A DNA stretch of 64,000 nucleotides, taken from Marsupella aquatica. Lineage: Eukaryota > Plantae > Marchantiophyta. The position numbers and the translations under genes were made by a program. Positions 37,621 to 52,105 of this stretch are shown in pieces (the first letter of the stretch is position 1; each line of letters starts with the position of its first letter). The stretch spans positions 20,262,754 through 20,326,753 of the forward strand of contig OZ316896.1 in assembly GCA_973895155.1 (NCBI GenBank), read 5' to 3'. The notes beneath the pieces were generated by a model. That model did not search any database. It saw only the letters and a program-made list of their open reading frames with translations, and was not told where the DNA came from.

Positions 37621-38159
37621 ATGTAACTAGAAATTATTTAAACAATAAAAATTATCAATGGGTCCTTTCGAGAAATACCCAAAATGTTTGGGTTCACTTT
37701 TGAGAAAGATGCATGATATATTGAGCAACTGAGAATAGACTAAGTTTATGCTGTCTAGGAAAAAAGAAAGTATATTGCAAACATTAGCACATACACCATT
37801 GCGGCCTTATTAGTTCTGCTGATGCTTCACAAGCCTGTATTTCAATTTTGCAAGCCACAGAATGGTCATCATTGTAGTAAAGACTTTACAAAGCCATAAC
37901 AAAACACATAAATCATACCACCTTTTACTGGATTCCATGCAAATAGCTAGGTATCATCATTTTGGACATAATAGCAACACTAATGCTGTGCTGGTTCATT
38001 TTGAGTGGTGAATCCTCAAAAGCCCAAGTGGGCAAGTTGCGCCTTCTCTTCTGGTTAGGACAGATCCAATTCTCAGTTTGTTTCATCCAATTGAGGCATG
38101 ATCTTAACTGTGTGAGTACAATACTCAGCAATTAAAAACAGAGCTCTTTGCATATCATC

Positions 38160-38645
38160 CAGTACCCCATAGTTCCCCAAATATTATAGAGTATACAAGA
38201 CTAATTCTGTAGATTATCAAATTGTACCCAAAATGCCCCATAGCACACTTAGAGTACTCCAAAGTACTATAGATTATGAAAGGGTAGCCAAAATGTCTCT
38301 GAATATCTAGAGGATGAATCTTTGAGTACCCCATATGTCATAAAATGACCCACATTACTCTGCTTTACCAAAGGGTAGCCAAAATGTCTCTGAATATTTA
38401 GAGTGTCTTAGAGCACCCCAAATATCATAAAATACCCCATAGTACTTTACATTACCAAAGGGTACTCAAAATGTCCCTTATATCATATATTGAGTGACCC
38501 ATAGCACCCCACATATTATAGAGGGCTCCCTAGTACCCAGGAGTACTCCAAATATCATAGAGTACCTAAGAGTACTCTAGATTACCAAAGGGTACCCAAA
38601 ATGTCACCAAAAATCATAGAGTACCCTATTACCCAAATACCCAGG
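38160..38645. repeat. Degenerate short-unit repeat array
   Basis: Recurrent agtacccc, aaatatcatagag and ttaccaaagggta(g/c)ccaaaatgtc motifs. Confidence 0.7.
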
Positions 38646-40242
38646 GTAAGTCTGCAAACTGTCCATAAGCAAATGCTATCCAAAAATGTTTTTGGCATCT
38701 GGAATGAAGACTCATTGGTTAAGGAAAGAAAAAACCCACCAAGAATTACAAAACATCACAAAACTTGATGTGTTATACCAAGATTTAACCTGTGTTGATA
38801 GATTACCCTATTACGTATTATTTAAGATTATACATATATACTTCTTTAATGTTGTACGCTACATATGTATCATTCATAAGTTCACTTCTAACCACGGTAT
38901 GTTGACAAAAATTCAGTAACTCTCATTGGCTCCATGTTTGCACGGGTGCTTATTTTTTTCCATCTTGGTTAAACCGTACCTCCAATAAAATTTGCACATC
39001 ATGCATGTCAATCAAGCGTGTGTAAAAAACTTACGCAGGCATCTCAAGTGTGTGTAAAAAATTACACATCTCAATCATTTGCGCCTCATTTAAAAATTTG
39101 CACCTCATTCCAAAGTACTTCCAAATATTTGCACATATTTGAAGTGCTTGAGAAACTTTGCACCTGCCTCTTAAACTTGGCCGTTCAAAAACTTTGTAAC
39201 TTAGAAAGAAAATAAAAGCAGACTCACATCCACTGTTGAGGCTTTTTATTTCCCATTCCTCTTCTACTTTTTTGAGGTAAGCTTTTTTTCCTAAAATATT
39301 AGGCGTAATTTTCGTCATCTCCTCGGTAATGTGAGACATATAAATCTAGAAAAGTCCACAAAAAATAGTTTTGTTATATGACAATTTTTTATTTAAGTCT
39401 TGGATAATAAGATTTATTCAAAAATAAACTAATGATATAACATTTATTTAACTCATAGATGAGGAAAATTAATATTTTAATCAGTCAAATCTGTTCAGAT
39501 GTTATTTAAGAACTTTTGAAAAAATTAATTATGAACTATAAAAAAATTGGTCACCCCTTCTCCATTGACCAATATTTTTCTTCTTTTTAACAATATATTT
39601 TTGTTTTTGAATGAAAAACACTGTGAAACATTTGGTATTCCGTAGATGTGAGATAGCCAAGTGCACTAACGTTGGGTTGAGGTAGCATGCCCTCAACCCC
39701 AGTGCATCCATTAGAAGGGAACTAAATATCAACATGTTATTAAACAACTTGGTCAACCCTGAACCCGTCTCCCCACCAGGAAAAGCACGCATACAACAAA
39801 ATCTAAATAGTGAGGCAATAATGCCTGGCATGCCCCAATGCGAACCTCAAGGTGGGGGTGGTCTACATTCAATGTTCAATGCAAATAATACCCGGCTATA
39901 AATGACAAAAGATCAGTTGATATGGTCAACATTATTTAGTAAGCGTCCGATTCTAAAGTAAAGCCGAAACTTCAGGCCGACTGAAAAACTGGAAATCACA
40001 TATCTCAAGAACTCGCACTACTTTACTGAACGCGAGTTGTCGTTAATCAGTAAAGGCATGAATGGGCATACCCTTCTGTGTCCAAAGCTTCTGTTCACCA
40101 ACTCATCAACAGGAATGCTGATTACTGAGCAAATGAGCAATGCTACAGTTCGAGAAGCAGGTCTTTCAATTCGTAAAGTGAAAATAGAAGTAGATATTTT
40201 CCGATTGACTTGAACAATCCACCACTCGCGCCGTGGAGGCCT

Positions 40243-41640
40243 TCATGGTAGATGACAGCTACCTACAGTCGATGCGTGGAAAGATGGTGAACCAGTCCAG
40301 CTGCAGGGGAGGATCACCTGGAGCACAAAGGCGACAATCAGGCAGCCTAACGGAGTTTGGCGGGTGAACCTGTCCAGCTGCACTTCCCCAGGATCAATCA
40401 GAGCTTGAAGGTCACATTTGAGCAAGCCCAAACATTAGCCAGGACCAGATCTGGACTGCGGCATTCAAGAAATGCCAATCTACACTGCTTTACTGCTTTG
40501 ATAAAGCCTGTCTTCCAACCGCTGAGAACTGACATGGTGATGGAGGTGAGATGTCCCTCGTACCAGAACTGAGGCTGCATGCAGGCATTGGACACACTCC
40601 GAATTGTGATCACGTACACATGCAAAGGTGCGCTCATAGAAGTGCCCTGAGGGGTGATGCATCGTTGTCGACTCCGTGGTTGCAGCTTGGGTGCATATAT
40701 GCGTACGCGGGATTTCTGTTACTTGTGGGAATTGAGAGTGACCGACTTTTTGCATTCTCTGGGTGTCTGAGTGGGCAGGCGAACGGGCTTGCCTTCTTTA
40801 GCTTGTGAAGCGCGCGTTGCTTTGTTCCAGAAATTGACGCTGATGCATGGGGATGGCGTCCGATTTAGCGAATACCAGCCGGAAAGGTGGGGCAAGAGCT
40901 CCGCACACGGTATCTCCGAGGACAATCTCAAAATTGATTTTAGAGTTAGTGCAGCTTGAACGTTAATCTTCAAATGACGCTCGAACGTTGCTTTCTTCCA
41001 GAAATTGAGCTGATGGTGCGCGCTGGGATGGCGTCCGATCTAGCAAATACGACCCGGAAAGGTGGGGCAACACTCCTCACAGGGTATCTCCTAGGACGAT
41101 CTCGAAATAGATATTGGAATATACTACAGCTTGAAAAGTTCATTCTTCAATTATTGTTGTGATAGATTTTAAGTCGGAGCTGGTGCGCAGTTACAGGATT
41201 GACAAAGATTTACTGCAATCTCTTAATGTTGACGGCTCGTGCACGATTAGGCCATGGCAATGTCGTATGCTGTAAATGGGAGAACTCTAGTCATGAGAAT
41301 AAGGAACAAGATCCCATCATTGGGGATCTACGCTGAGAGCTGCGTTGACGTGATCATCATCATTAACCGGAACGGCTGCAGGAATAAATTAGAGAATTTA
41401 ATAATTTTGTTTTGAACGACGTCTCGACGTAAGAAGGTAACTCTGCAAGATATCTGCATCGCATGATAATATAGCAGGATGTACCGTACCCGAGGGTAGT
41501 GCGAGCCATTTCTTAATCTGAAGGTCGGCGTTACTGACTCGAACCATCTCCAGCAAACTTGTAGAATCTTTAAATCCCAAGAACTTGAAGCTAGACATGA
41601 AATCAATTAGTTGGTGCAAGAGCTGAGCTACACCTGGTGT
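40243..41640 (-). pseudogene. Possible heavily decayed LRR-gene remnant
   Basis: Internal ~180-bp duplication (~40810-40975 vs ~40985-41150) and Leu/Cys-periodic fragments (LKSILRLSS, LPHLSG twice, CSWTGSP twice), with many frameshifts. Confidence 0.35.
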
Positions 41641-42827
41641 ATGACAGCAAGAGTGTGAGGCTCTAACGGACCCAAAAATTAGTTACTTTCATGCATGTCA
41701 GCCGGCGTAATTCCGGGTCAAGTTTGGCTGAAATCCGTCTAGTTACAGAGCCTCTTGTAGGTCCATCTCTCAATTAGTTCATTCAATGTCTCTGTGTGGT
41801 GGTCTGATGTCTCTAGTCATACTATCGATCTCTCATCCATTCATCATCCTCCAGTTGTTGTGCCCTTGGACTCGAAAGAGTTTTGGGATACCGCGCCGGT
41901 AAGTGACGTCCGGGAGTTTCGGTGCTAGCTGCATTCCCGCATTAATTCATCCATACAATTCAGTTGATAATACAAAATCTTGTTGAACATTGTCCTCGGA
42001 GATGGACAAATAATGTCGGGAGAGGCCGTGATGCGCTGTGTCACGGACAGTTTTCTGAGCAGTTTAAGCCAAGTAGGTTTGCCCAGGGTTAAGCCTTTGG
42101 GATGGATGCATTCCAGTGAACTAGTGAAGGCCTCATCTACCCATATGGCTGCCCATTTCAATATTGATTTTGTGTCAACTCACAACTGGAGTCGATCAGA
42201 ACGTTTTTCAATCGTACCGATTTGATGAGGTTGTTGCACTGATAAACAGAAAGATCTATGAACCGAGCCGATGGAAATTTATCAAGCCGAGTGGGATTTT
42301 CTCCAAGCTCGATAGCTGTCCTTAGTAATATTGCACTCAGGATTCATTTCATGTGATACAAACAACATGAGGTCCGGATCTGCCGTACTTCCTGCTGTTT
42401 ATGTATATATATCTCTACATCACTAGATCATCATTTATTTATCGTCGATGGATTGCTCTATGAGCCTGAACCTGTTTCCTCTTCTCTTGTCTTCGTGAAG
42501 TGATAGCCGGTGTCAAGTGACGCTAATCGAGCCGTGATTGCAAGTGCAAGCGCCTTCCACGATTTAAGGTCTATCAAGCACAAAGAGTATTACGTGGATA
42601 GGTCCATTGATCGAAGAGTCACATACAGTACTTACTGGCAAATGTTTGATCAAATATATTCGTGGGGATTGTTTAGCAATCTACACTCGGGTCTACACTA
42701 ATTTCTTGGTCGTACCGTTGTCAATTCGAAATCATGAACTGCTGTCTGAAAGTACTCCCATCTACACGGAGATCTACCCGCCATAACCTCGGCCACAACA
42801 CAGTGAGGGGAGTGCTAATCAGGACAT

Positions 42828-45800
42828 TTAAAAGGGGAGCCAGTCGGCGCCGTCGATCCACGCCTTGGTGAGAAATGGCTGTGCTTCAGCCGCTGTGAGT
42901 TCATTGGAGAACGACACTCGTCCAGTCAATGTTGCTCCTTCGCCAAAGTTGTTGTATTCACCATAGTAAGCAGTCCTACAAAACCACTCAAGTCTTAGCA
43001 ATATGTGCCAAATCTATGGCCGACTCGAAATGAAATCATTACTTTTCCAGCGGCGTCACGGCATGCACAACAGAAGCCATGACTGTCTTTTTCCCTCGCC
43101 ATGCCCAGGGTCATGCCTTGGTGCAAGAGGGGTTGAACTTACCGATCATTGGATATACTACCAAAATCATTCCAACCCTTGGGGTCAATTATGTTGGCCA
43201 TGTTGGTCTTCGAAAAAACCACCCTGGAGTATGGTCCCCAAGCGCGTCCCAAGAGTACCCTGCCTGTACCAATGATGTTACAGTTTACAAAAGAAAAGCC
43301 ACTAGAATCTTCATCCGATTGTCGATACTGTGCCGTCACACAGCCAGTTGTTTGGGCGATCGAATTGATTGTACATCCCTGCGGAAAATCAGTGGGGGCG
43401 GCAGAATTGAACAAAACTTTCAAACGAAAAGAAACGTGAATGTGGGCTGCCCCTAGAGAGTGATGCTCCCATGGTTGAACCATGTAACACAAATGGACAG
43501 CAAAGTTAACATGGACAGCAAAGTTAACATGGACAGCAAAGTTAACATGGACAGCAAAGTTAACCGTCATTGTTTCACTTTCTATCCACGTAATTTTCTC
43601 TCATTGGGCTCCTTTGCTAGAAGAGGCTCCAAAATGTCTTTCCAACAAGTCTAATAGCTATTCTTTTAGATAAGTCAAAATAACCATGTAGTAGGATGAG
43701 CATGCTATATATACCTCTGGTTTGAGTGAAAGATTGAGTGAACAATGAATTTCTAAACATCATTACATCACTCACTGCCCACACTTTACACAGTTTACAT
43801 AGCTTCGTACACTTTTAGCAGTTAACTTTGACATTTAATATCTCCTGCTATATCCAATGGAATTTTATTATCTATGTATATACTCATTATTCATTGGATA
43901 TAGGAACCCTCGATAATGCCAATGAAACCTGCAATAAAATATTTCATTATCCATTGGATATTATCTATGTTTATGAGGTTCAGGAGGTTTATTGGGTATA
44001 GCAGGAGGTATTTATGGAGGTTTGGCAAATATGGAGGTTTAACGAAAATGCTTACCAAAACTTGAAGGGGCACTGCCATGCTCCCTCGAGATGAAAATCA
44101 AACATAAAACGAACCTAACAGAAACTCTTAACCTCTGGACTTTTTTTCTTGAGGGATTCTTTCCTGTTCATTGAGGTAAGCTCAAAGGGTCTCCATGCCC
44201 TTTTTAGAGAGCTAAACGGAACTGACAAACAAACCTAGATAACATATTGTTGAACATGGCAGAGTGACAGGCAGACTAATGAAAAGCAAATACAAAAACT
44301 TTAAAACTCCTTGGAAGAGAGGACCCCACATTTTGGGAGTGTATGGGTATATTACTTTGCTTAATTTGGCCCCAAGCCAGATATCAAAACATTATTTCTT
44401 TCTCAGGTGAGGTTTTGCTGTTTCTCTCAGCGCACCCACAAGCACGCCAACTTAAAGAGGAATGTATGGAGGTTAGTGACCAGTAAAACAGATAGATTAT
44501 TAACATGAACATTTGTTTAAGGGCGTAGACGAAAGATGTTGCTTGTCTGATGACGGTGCTAACACTAAGTTCACTTGATGAGGGTGTTTACTTCGTATTC
44601 ACGAAGCCACAAGACTCTGAAATATACTTGTTTGACCGCATCAAGTCCATTTTAAAATTAGCACCCCATCAAGTGAAATGTAAAATCTTGGACCCCATCA
44701 AGCAAATATCTGATGGATTTCAGTTGTTTGACTTGCAAGAACTACACAACGTGAGAAATCCTCTTCACTTGAAATTGATAAAAGTGAGATGTCTGAGACA
44801 GAGGAAGGATTTACGCAACTCTCCAAAACTATCATCCGGAGTTTTCCTTTCCACTCAAACTTGCACAGCAGTTTTAAAGGTAGACAGGCTGGGTACCTCA
44901 TAAAGAGATTGTCCGTTTCCAAATATGAAATCGATGGATCCCTGAATGAAGCAATTTTGAAAGTAGTGGCGTCCCGCCCAGTCCAGTAGGGTATCTTGTG
45001 CTCCGAGGAAACTACAATTCGAGAAGGCTGCCATGTCTCCACCAATCCTCAACGCTACAGCTTGTCCTCCTACAGCTCCAGGGGCAGGTGGAGGTGCCGT
45101 GTTCTTTTATTCAAGGCCAACGTCAAATGTCATGTCCATGTGAGTACGTATTTCAGCCGCTCGTGCTCAGGATAGTGATCTGATCTTTACAAAGGCCTTG
45201 TGACAGTAGTATTGTTCTGTTGGCCGCTATTATCTCACAGAAGTGGCTTTGGAAACTTGCTTCAAATTTGCAAGCAAAGAAAAACTGAACACAGTGCACT
45301 GCTTGCATACGGACAACCTCAAACCTCGAAGGTGATGCCCTGGGCGATGAAGTTAGCAGCATCAACAGCAACGCTCGCGCTGGTCCATGTTGAGCCCGAA
45401 GTCGTAGCATTGTCCCCCGACGTCAAGACCGGAGGTGCGGTTCCGACGCCAAGGAAGGTGATGAACGGCTTGTTGGTTGGAATGTGAATCTTCTCTCTGA
45501 ACCATTTAATTGGATAGAATGACTATTAAGATGTATACTCGACTTCAGCTCAAATGTGTCTTAACTGTATATATATGCACAACCATGACTTCTCAATGTT
45601 TTATTTCCAGACCGGGTTCCAGACTTGAAGAATCAGCGGATCGGACAGATTTCGATCTTAATTCTCAAACTTTACTCTCGTACGTACGTAGTGCACACGA
45701 TAGTAACATAATTCTCGATCTCCCAGGAATATATCAGAAACCAATTATTATACATACGTGTACTTATTCATCCACCACCATAGCATTATTTGGAACAACA

Positions 45801-46595
45801 ATTAAAGCATCGTAATAGCAACATTTCCGCGATATTGCAGCCGGTAAATTCAGCTTTCACAACTGTCCAGTAATAAATAACATATGCGTACTGCGCGCGC
45901 AGGAACAGAAAATTCATGGTCTCAACATAACTAACAACCATGCAATCACAACCTAGTTGCAACTTCAGAATACACCGCTGGAGACGGCCACCCTCACCGG
46001 AAGGAGTTAGATTAGACCTTAAGCCTGGGACTGGATCATAGTCGATCACTACTTCGGTGGATTGAAGATGAAATTAGATCCTTGACAGTTTGCATGACCA
46101 GGCGACTGGAAAAGGACCGTCGACCTCAATGCTAGTGGAGGTTAGCTTTCCTAGAGGCTACAGCTCACGTACATACCGATAAATTCCTGAGAAGATTCTG
46201 ATTTCAACTCGCTGAGTGTTGTAGTCTGGCACAGCATCTACTGCCTGTTGCACTGTCGCATAGTGTCCGGTGCCATTTGGATTTACAGTGATGATGGTTT
46301 GAGGGGAGGAGACCTGGGTGAGACTAACGGTAGCAATATGGTCCGAAACCATGTCTTCCGTCCGGAACAAAGCTCGCCTACTTGACCCTTCATACAGTTG
46401 TTGATCACCACCCAGCCTTTTGAGCCATGACGACGATTCGAGGACTGTAGGTGCGACAGAATTGGTACCACAGCAGTCGTCAGCTGATGACAATGCCGAT
46501 GACAATACGAAGAAAAACTGCAGCGAGGCTTGTAGCAAGGATATGTTGAGAACCAAGATAAGTCCCATCTTCCGAGTAATGCTTGACGATCCCAT
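42828..46595 (-). CDS. Pectin methylesterase (CE8, no PMEI pro-domain), 5 exons: 46595-46177, 45496-45325, 45103-44897, 43378-43143, 42975-42828
   Basis: Signal peptide plus GIYREK, QAVAL, QDTL, DFIFG, LGRAW and YYGEY motifs. All four introns are GT-AG and in frame. Confidence 0.95.
43493..43564. repeat. Perfect 18-bp minisatellite x4 in PME intron 3
   Basis: atggacagcaaagttaac repeated four times. Confidence 0.97.
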
Positions 46596-48399
46596 CTATT
46601 GACGATATTCTCGTCCGTCAGAGACAGTCGAAACTAGATCCGCCTCTATGTCACCAACCGAGCAAGATATTGAAGGACTAGAAACATTCTCTGCCGCATT
46701 CGATGAACGAGGTGGGTAAGGCTAAAAATGTATTGATGTAGCTAGTAGCTATGTTCGCCTCAGTCAATGTATCGAGGAAGTCTGGCAAAGGACTAAGATA
46801 CGTGAAGCTGATCCGGCCGACTACAATTAAATGACAGATATTAGCTAGCTTTCGATAGGACTGATACGATAGCTAGCCTTGTTTGGCACGAGTCAAATGG
46901 GTCGGTTAAGTAAGTGTGACAAATATGGACATGCCGACTGAGATACCGGAAGCTGAACGGATCGACTAGAAATGACAGGTCTTAGCTATTGAATGGTGAT
47001 CCAGTATTGGACAGTTCTAGCCTTGAGAGGGTGTCTGAGAGTAATGTGTGGCATTAAGAAGATAAATTATACAGACAAGTAGTTGTCTAGATATATATCT
47101 TACATGTCATCAATTCGGAAAGGTATCTGCCGACGTGCTCGACCTGAACTTTCCACAACAGTTCCCTAGATTTTCCAGACTTTCAACTTCCGTGGTGCTA
47201 CGTGGGATCTCGCTTTCATTATCAAGGTATTTATCTAGAAGAGATAGCCTGACCAGAACACAGAGACAGCTACATATATCGACTTCAATTCTCTGTGTGA
47301 AATCTCCTCGCGCAATACTCTATTGATTTCATCTAGTCTCTATATACCGATTCTGCCCAATCCAACAACACCTAGCCAGAATTTCCGCTCAGACGCGGTT
47401 TGTTCGTGTGGGAACGTTTAGTGCCCTTCTAGATCTACCATCTAAATCCCGGAATTCATGACCCCAAACTTCCTGCCAATTAAGCGGTTCCCTACTTTAG
47501 CTTTCCATGCATCCTGTATGATAGAAGTGGACCTCAAGTTGAACGAGTTTTTCGCACCAACACTGATAACTGTACAAATCCTTAATCTCTGATCCATCAG
47601 GGGTAGATTTAAGTTATGAGCGCACATATCGATGGTCCCGCGCGAGGATAGTCCCAATCAAGAGAGTCCAACTGGTACCTATCTCCTTCGTCCGCCAATG
47701 GACCAAAGCATACCGGGTTATAGATCATAAGAAATGTGACTTATTTTGCGAAAAATAGTGATCATCCAATTTGGTTATAATGTGTCAAAAGCAAAGCCGA
47801 AATTCAGCCCTGATTGAGAAACTGGAAATCGGCACAATTGTTAAGGACTTATTAACGAGAGGGAATTCAAAGCTGTTGAAGCTCAAGGGGTCTTTAACCC
47901 TGAGTTTCAAAAAAGGATTACCCTCCTGTGGAATCCGAACCTACTTTTCACCAACTCATCAACAGCACCGCGGCCTTTCGACGAAGGTGACAAATGAAGT
48001 TGGGTAGATTTAACTAACGTTTCTAGGTAGATCGCAGCTCTCCATCCACCCCCAAGTTCGATTGGTGCACTAGCCCCCGCAATTAGTGGGACAACGTAAT
48101 TGATGTGATGAGTGAAACGGGCAGTGATCTCAAACTATTTCGAGTTGGGGGAGTGGTAATAACTCTATTCGCCAATTTTGTCATCAGAAACAGTAAACTC
48201 CTCGTAAGTGGATGACCAGCAAATGTCCCGGAAATTCTTCGCCCCAAAACATTCATATGTCAGGATGATTCAACCTTATTTCAGTTTCAAAACTCTTTCC
48301 GACCTTGTTTTCCTGGACCTTGTTTTCCAGTCAAGCTTTCCGCACTAATACCAAGTTATTGGAGATAACTTAAGGGCTCCTTGAGTGGAGTGATCGTAT

Positions 48400-51300
48400 A
48401 CTCTGGGTCAGAAATCAAGTCAGGTTTAATCCAACACTTACTCTCAGCCGGCCATTGTTGCCAGGTATGTCAATCTCGCCACCTCGATTACCGTAGTAGA
48501 GGTTTTCAAAACACTCAAGTGAAGATGAGCCTCGAAACTCTCGATTGGGGTGAGACTCGAAGAAAACCCTATGGATAGTTGTTCAAAAGGCGAGAGTACC
48601 AAGAATCACACTTGGTACCGGTGCTCGAACTACAATTGGATGTGTCAACATGATTCGACTGCCAATGCCAAACATCGTATGCTTGCTATGCTACTGGCTC
48701 CTCAGTCGGCTACCAACAGTTTGCCCTGAACATCTCTTATGTACAATCATGCTGGCTTCCCCAGAACCTCATAAGTGCACGTTCTTACCTTTGGAGAAAT
48801 ATTCCAAAGTACCTGGATTGCAAGTTTCGATTGCAAAGAACGGGAATCAGCAACTTTACGAAGACACACATAGTTACCCCAAAGTAAGGAGAAGGTTCTT
48901 AAAACGAAATGCTTTGTTTCAAAGTCTTGGAAGTACCACGCACCATCCAAGAGTATTTGTAAGAACCATAAGGGACAGTTGAAGCAAAAGAAACTGGAAG
49001 GTATAATCCAATTGGCGCTTATTAAAATCTTGAGAGTTGGCTCTGCAGGTTCTTCGAATTATTTCGAACCGGGCCTATTCTGTGAATATCCCACAGTTCA
49101 TTTGGGAAAACCTGCAGATGAAACAAGTATGAGAGTGAACCAACTAAGTAGATCGGGCTGTAGCGCTAACAGGAACATTATCTTTAGCTGAATGGGACGC
49201 AACGACGGCAGAGTACTTTGCCATCTATATCATGAGCATTCATCTTCATGAGGGTGATTCTTTGAAGCTTTGAAGCCTGCGGTTTGCCATGACAAACAGC
49301 ATATTTGAACCAGCAAACACGCAGGTAGGATGCAAAAGAAAAATTCAGATTTCCCTCCTTGAGTCAGTTTAGATTACCACAGGTGGTCACAGTTGTTAGA
49401 CTAAGCCAGCAATCCATATTCTCCATTGTTTGATCTCAAATGAACCCACAGGCACCCGAAAAGCGCCATGGGAGCTGCAATGTACAACAATATATTAAAC
49501 ACAGTCCATGATTGTCAATCATAAATATGCACAAGGAGAGTACCCAACAGGAGACCCGAATAATAATCTGACCGTAGATGTCCAATGAATTGACTGATGA
49601 TGGATATCTGATAACGTATTCAAAAAAAATTGGTACTGAACTCAAATCGCAGGACAGGATGAAGATTCACCTCAAAAGCATTTCTAATAGATTTGCATGC
49701 CTGTCTTATATTGTAAAACGGAGCTTCATGTAAAGGTGAGTGGTCTCCCATCTCATCATAGCCGCCACAGCTCTACACCTTGTGCATCTGCACCGGATTC
49801 TTGTATAAAACCACTTTCCTTGAGACGAATTCTCATGTTTGGGAACTTGCTCTCCAATTGTCTCATTGCGAAAAATCCCTGGCTTTTTCCCTCTTCCGCT
49901 AGGTTCTTCTTCGTTTCTTCAACATATTTGGTGCAGGCATCTCTCTCGAGTTCAAGAGAAGGTATTACCGGGTTGCCCACCGCCCGGTACTCTGTCATAT
50001 TCTTAATGTGAGACGTGTCACCCTCCAAAAGAACCACTGACTTTGTCTTAGCTATCACATAGTTATGTATAGCCGTCACAAGCTTATGTATAGACGTCAC
50101 TTTCTTCAAAGTAGATATTCCACTTGCTCTCACCAACTCATGAGATAAGTCTTCCATAGTCTTACGGAGAGTGTCAAAATCGTCCTTATTTACAGATGCA
50201 TAGCCAAATCTGGAAGTCCAGGAAAACCAATGAACATCATCAGAATTTGCCTGAAGAATCAACAAACCTATGACCTTGGCAAAAACAATCTCGCTTCTAA
50301 CAAAATCTGGCCTTAGAATAAGCATTATAAGTAATTTACTCTCATAGAGGAAGCGGGTTACCACAAATCGGATTACCTGCTCATGAAGCCACTTTCTGTG
50401 TGATTACTACACAAGCATACTCCCTTGATTATCTCTGTAAGAGCACTCTGTAGCAGGTCACCATTTTCTGGGAGATATTCATAGGTATCGACCATAGCCA
50501 GCACAAGCTTGTGCATTCTTTCCAGAAGAGCCAGGCACTTTCCAAAATTGTCTTTGACCACTTTCACCCGCTCTAAAACAAATGCTACCATTGAAAGCCC
50601 TACAGCAGCGTAGTGTACGTTTCCAACTCCTTTCAGAGCTTGTTGTAGTAGAGTAAATGACTCACTAGCTACCTTGTTTCCAGAAGGCTGTTGACATTTC
50701 AGAACACAGCTAGTCAGTGGGTGGAGAACTCCTCTTGACTGGATGCGAGACTTCTAGCTCGTCAGAGGCAGAGAGCTTCCTCCAAAGGTACATGAAAAAC
50801 TGTGAATTGATCCGTGAAGCATTCTTCTAAAGAGTTATCGGTGCTGTCAACGATCCGTTGGCTAGACATGGAGTGAGGGGAAGCTTTGAGCACTTCGACA
50901 GGTAGAGAATCCATGAATTGATTTCTCATTACATACACCAATCACTTCGACTGAACCCTGAAACTCAGAGTGGGAGAAGAAAAAATGAATTCAAAGAAAA
51001 TAATTACCAAAGCCGGCTTATAGCCAATGTCACCACATATTTTAAGGAATTTCTCTGCATTGTTGACGATTTCAGTCACTTTGTCCCGCGGCTTGCTGTC
51101 TCCTTTGTCAGCTGTTTCGTCTTTGCCTGCATCGTTGGCACTCACAATTATCGCTTTGCTCGTCGGCTTGCTTTCTCCTTTATTACCTTTTTTCCACCAC
51201 CTCTTCTTTTCCGGTTTATTCGACTTCGCTTCCTGAATTTTCTGTCCACATGGCAGCCATCATCGGAGGTTTATTCTTCAGGACAGACATTCACAGACAT

Positions 51301-51888
51301 TCACGGCCAGTATTTGACGATTTCTATAGCAATGACCTTAGATTGGGCAAAAGAAGACTCCTTGCATTTGTCGGGCCAGTTTGCTTCGAAGCTGTTCAGC
51401 TTGACAATTTCTTCCCTCCCGATTCAAGACTTCCCATATTGAGGGAGTGCTGCTTTCCGTCAAGACTGACTCTTTCCCACATCCATCGGTGAGGGCGTGA
51501 CAGGACATCACTATCATAGGCGAAAACATTGACGAGAAAACGAGATCTGGAGAGAGGCGGAAACTGATCAGACCGAAATCTTAGATTGTCACCCACGCAC
51601 CTCCTCGAGAACTTCCGAATACACCTTCAGCTGTTCAAAAGTTCCTAGCCCGTTGACTTCCAGAAGTTTAGTCAGCTCTACAACATCTGTGGAAATCATG
51701 TTCAAAGGCAAAATTTGCTTCCTTCCCGTAGAGGCCTCGGCTTCCTCAACTTCGCCAGTGGCCTGCACCGGCATCGGCATCGTCTCTTCAATTTCATTCG
51801 GAGCCCCACCATTGCTTTCGGCGACAGGTTGTTGCATTGTGTTGGACCTTAGTGAAGTTGCACGATCGATCATGACGAAGGCTTCCAC
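48400..51888 (-). pseudogene. Frameshifted multi-exon gene with a helical, possibly MLKL/RPW8-like four-helix-bundle region, divergent from the NLR
   Basis: GVGNVHYAAVGLSMVAFVLERVKVVKDNFGKCLALLERMHKL...LQSALTEIIKGVCLC resembles helical N-terminal modules of non-flowering-plant NLRs. Stops and frameshifts at 50650-51600 and 48400-49190. Boundaries approximate. Confidence 0.5.
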
Positions 51889-51973
51889 TCTCGGTAGCGC
51901 CTAACTACTGGAGCAGGTTGGCATAGCAAATCAAGCACCATCGGTAGGAACTTCTCGGACTCCTCAAGCTCAA

Positions 51974-52105
51974 GCAACTGATTTGATGCAAGTGTAGCTC
52001 TAGAGTCCAGACTCCAGACATGACTCCAGACATGCCACTACCGTAGGTAAAGCAACTGATTTGATGCAAGTGTAGCTCTAGAGTCCAGACTCCAGACATG
52101 CCACT
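51974..52105. repeat. Short tandem duplication (~78-bp period)
   Basis: gcaactgatttgatgcaagtgtagctctagagtccagactccagacatg occurs twice. Confidence 0.9.

Noticed and set aside
43460-43654. ORFs with MDSKVN / VNFAVH repeats
   Set aside because: Translation of an intronic 18-bp minisatellite.
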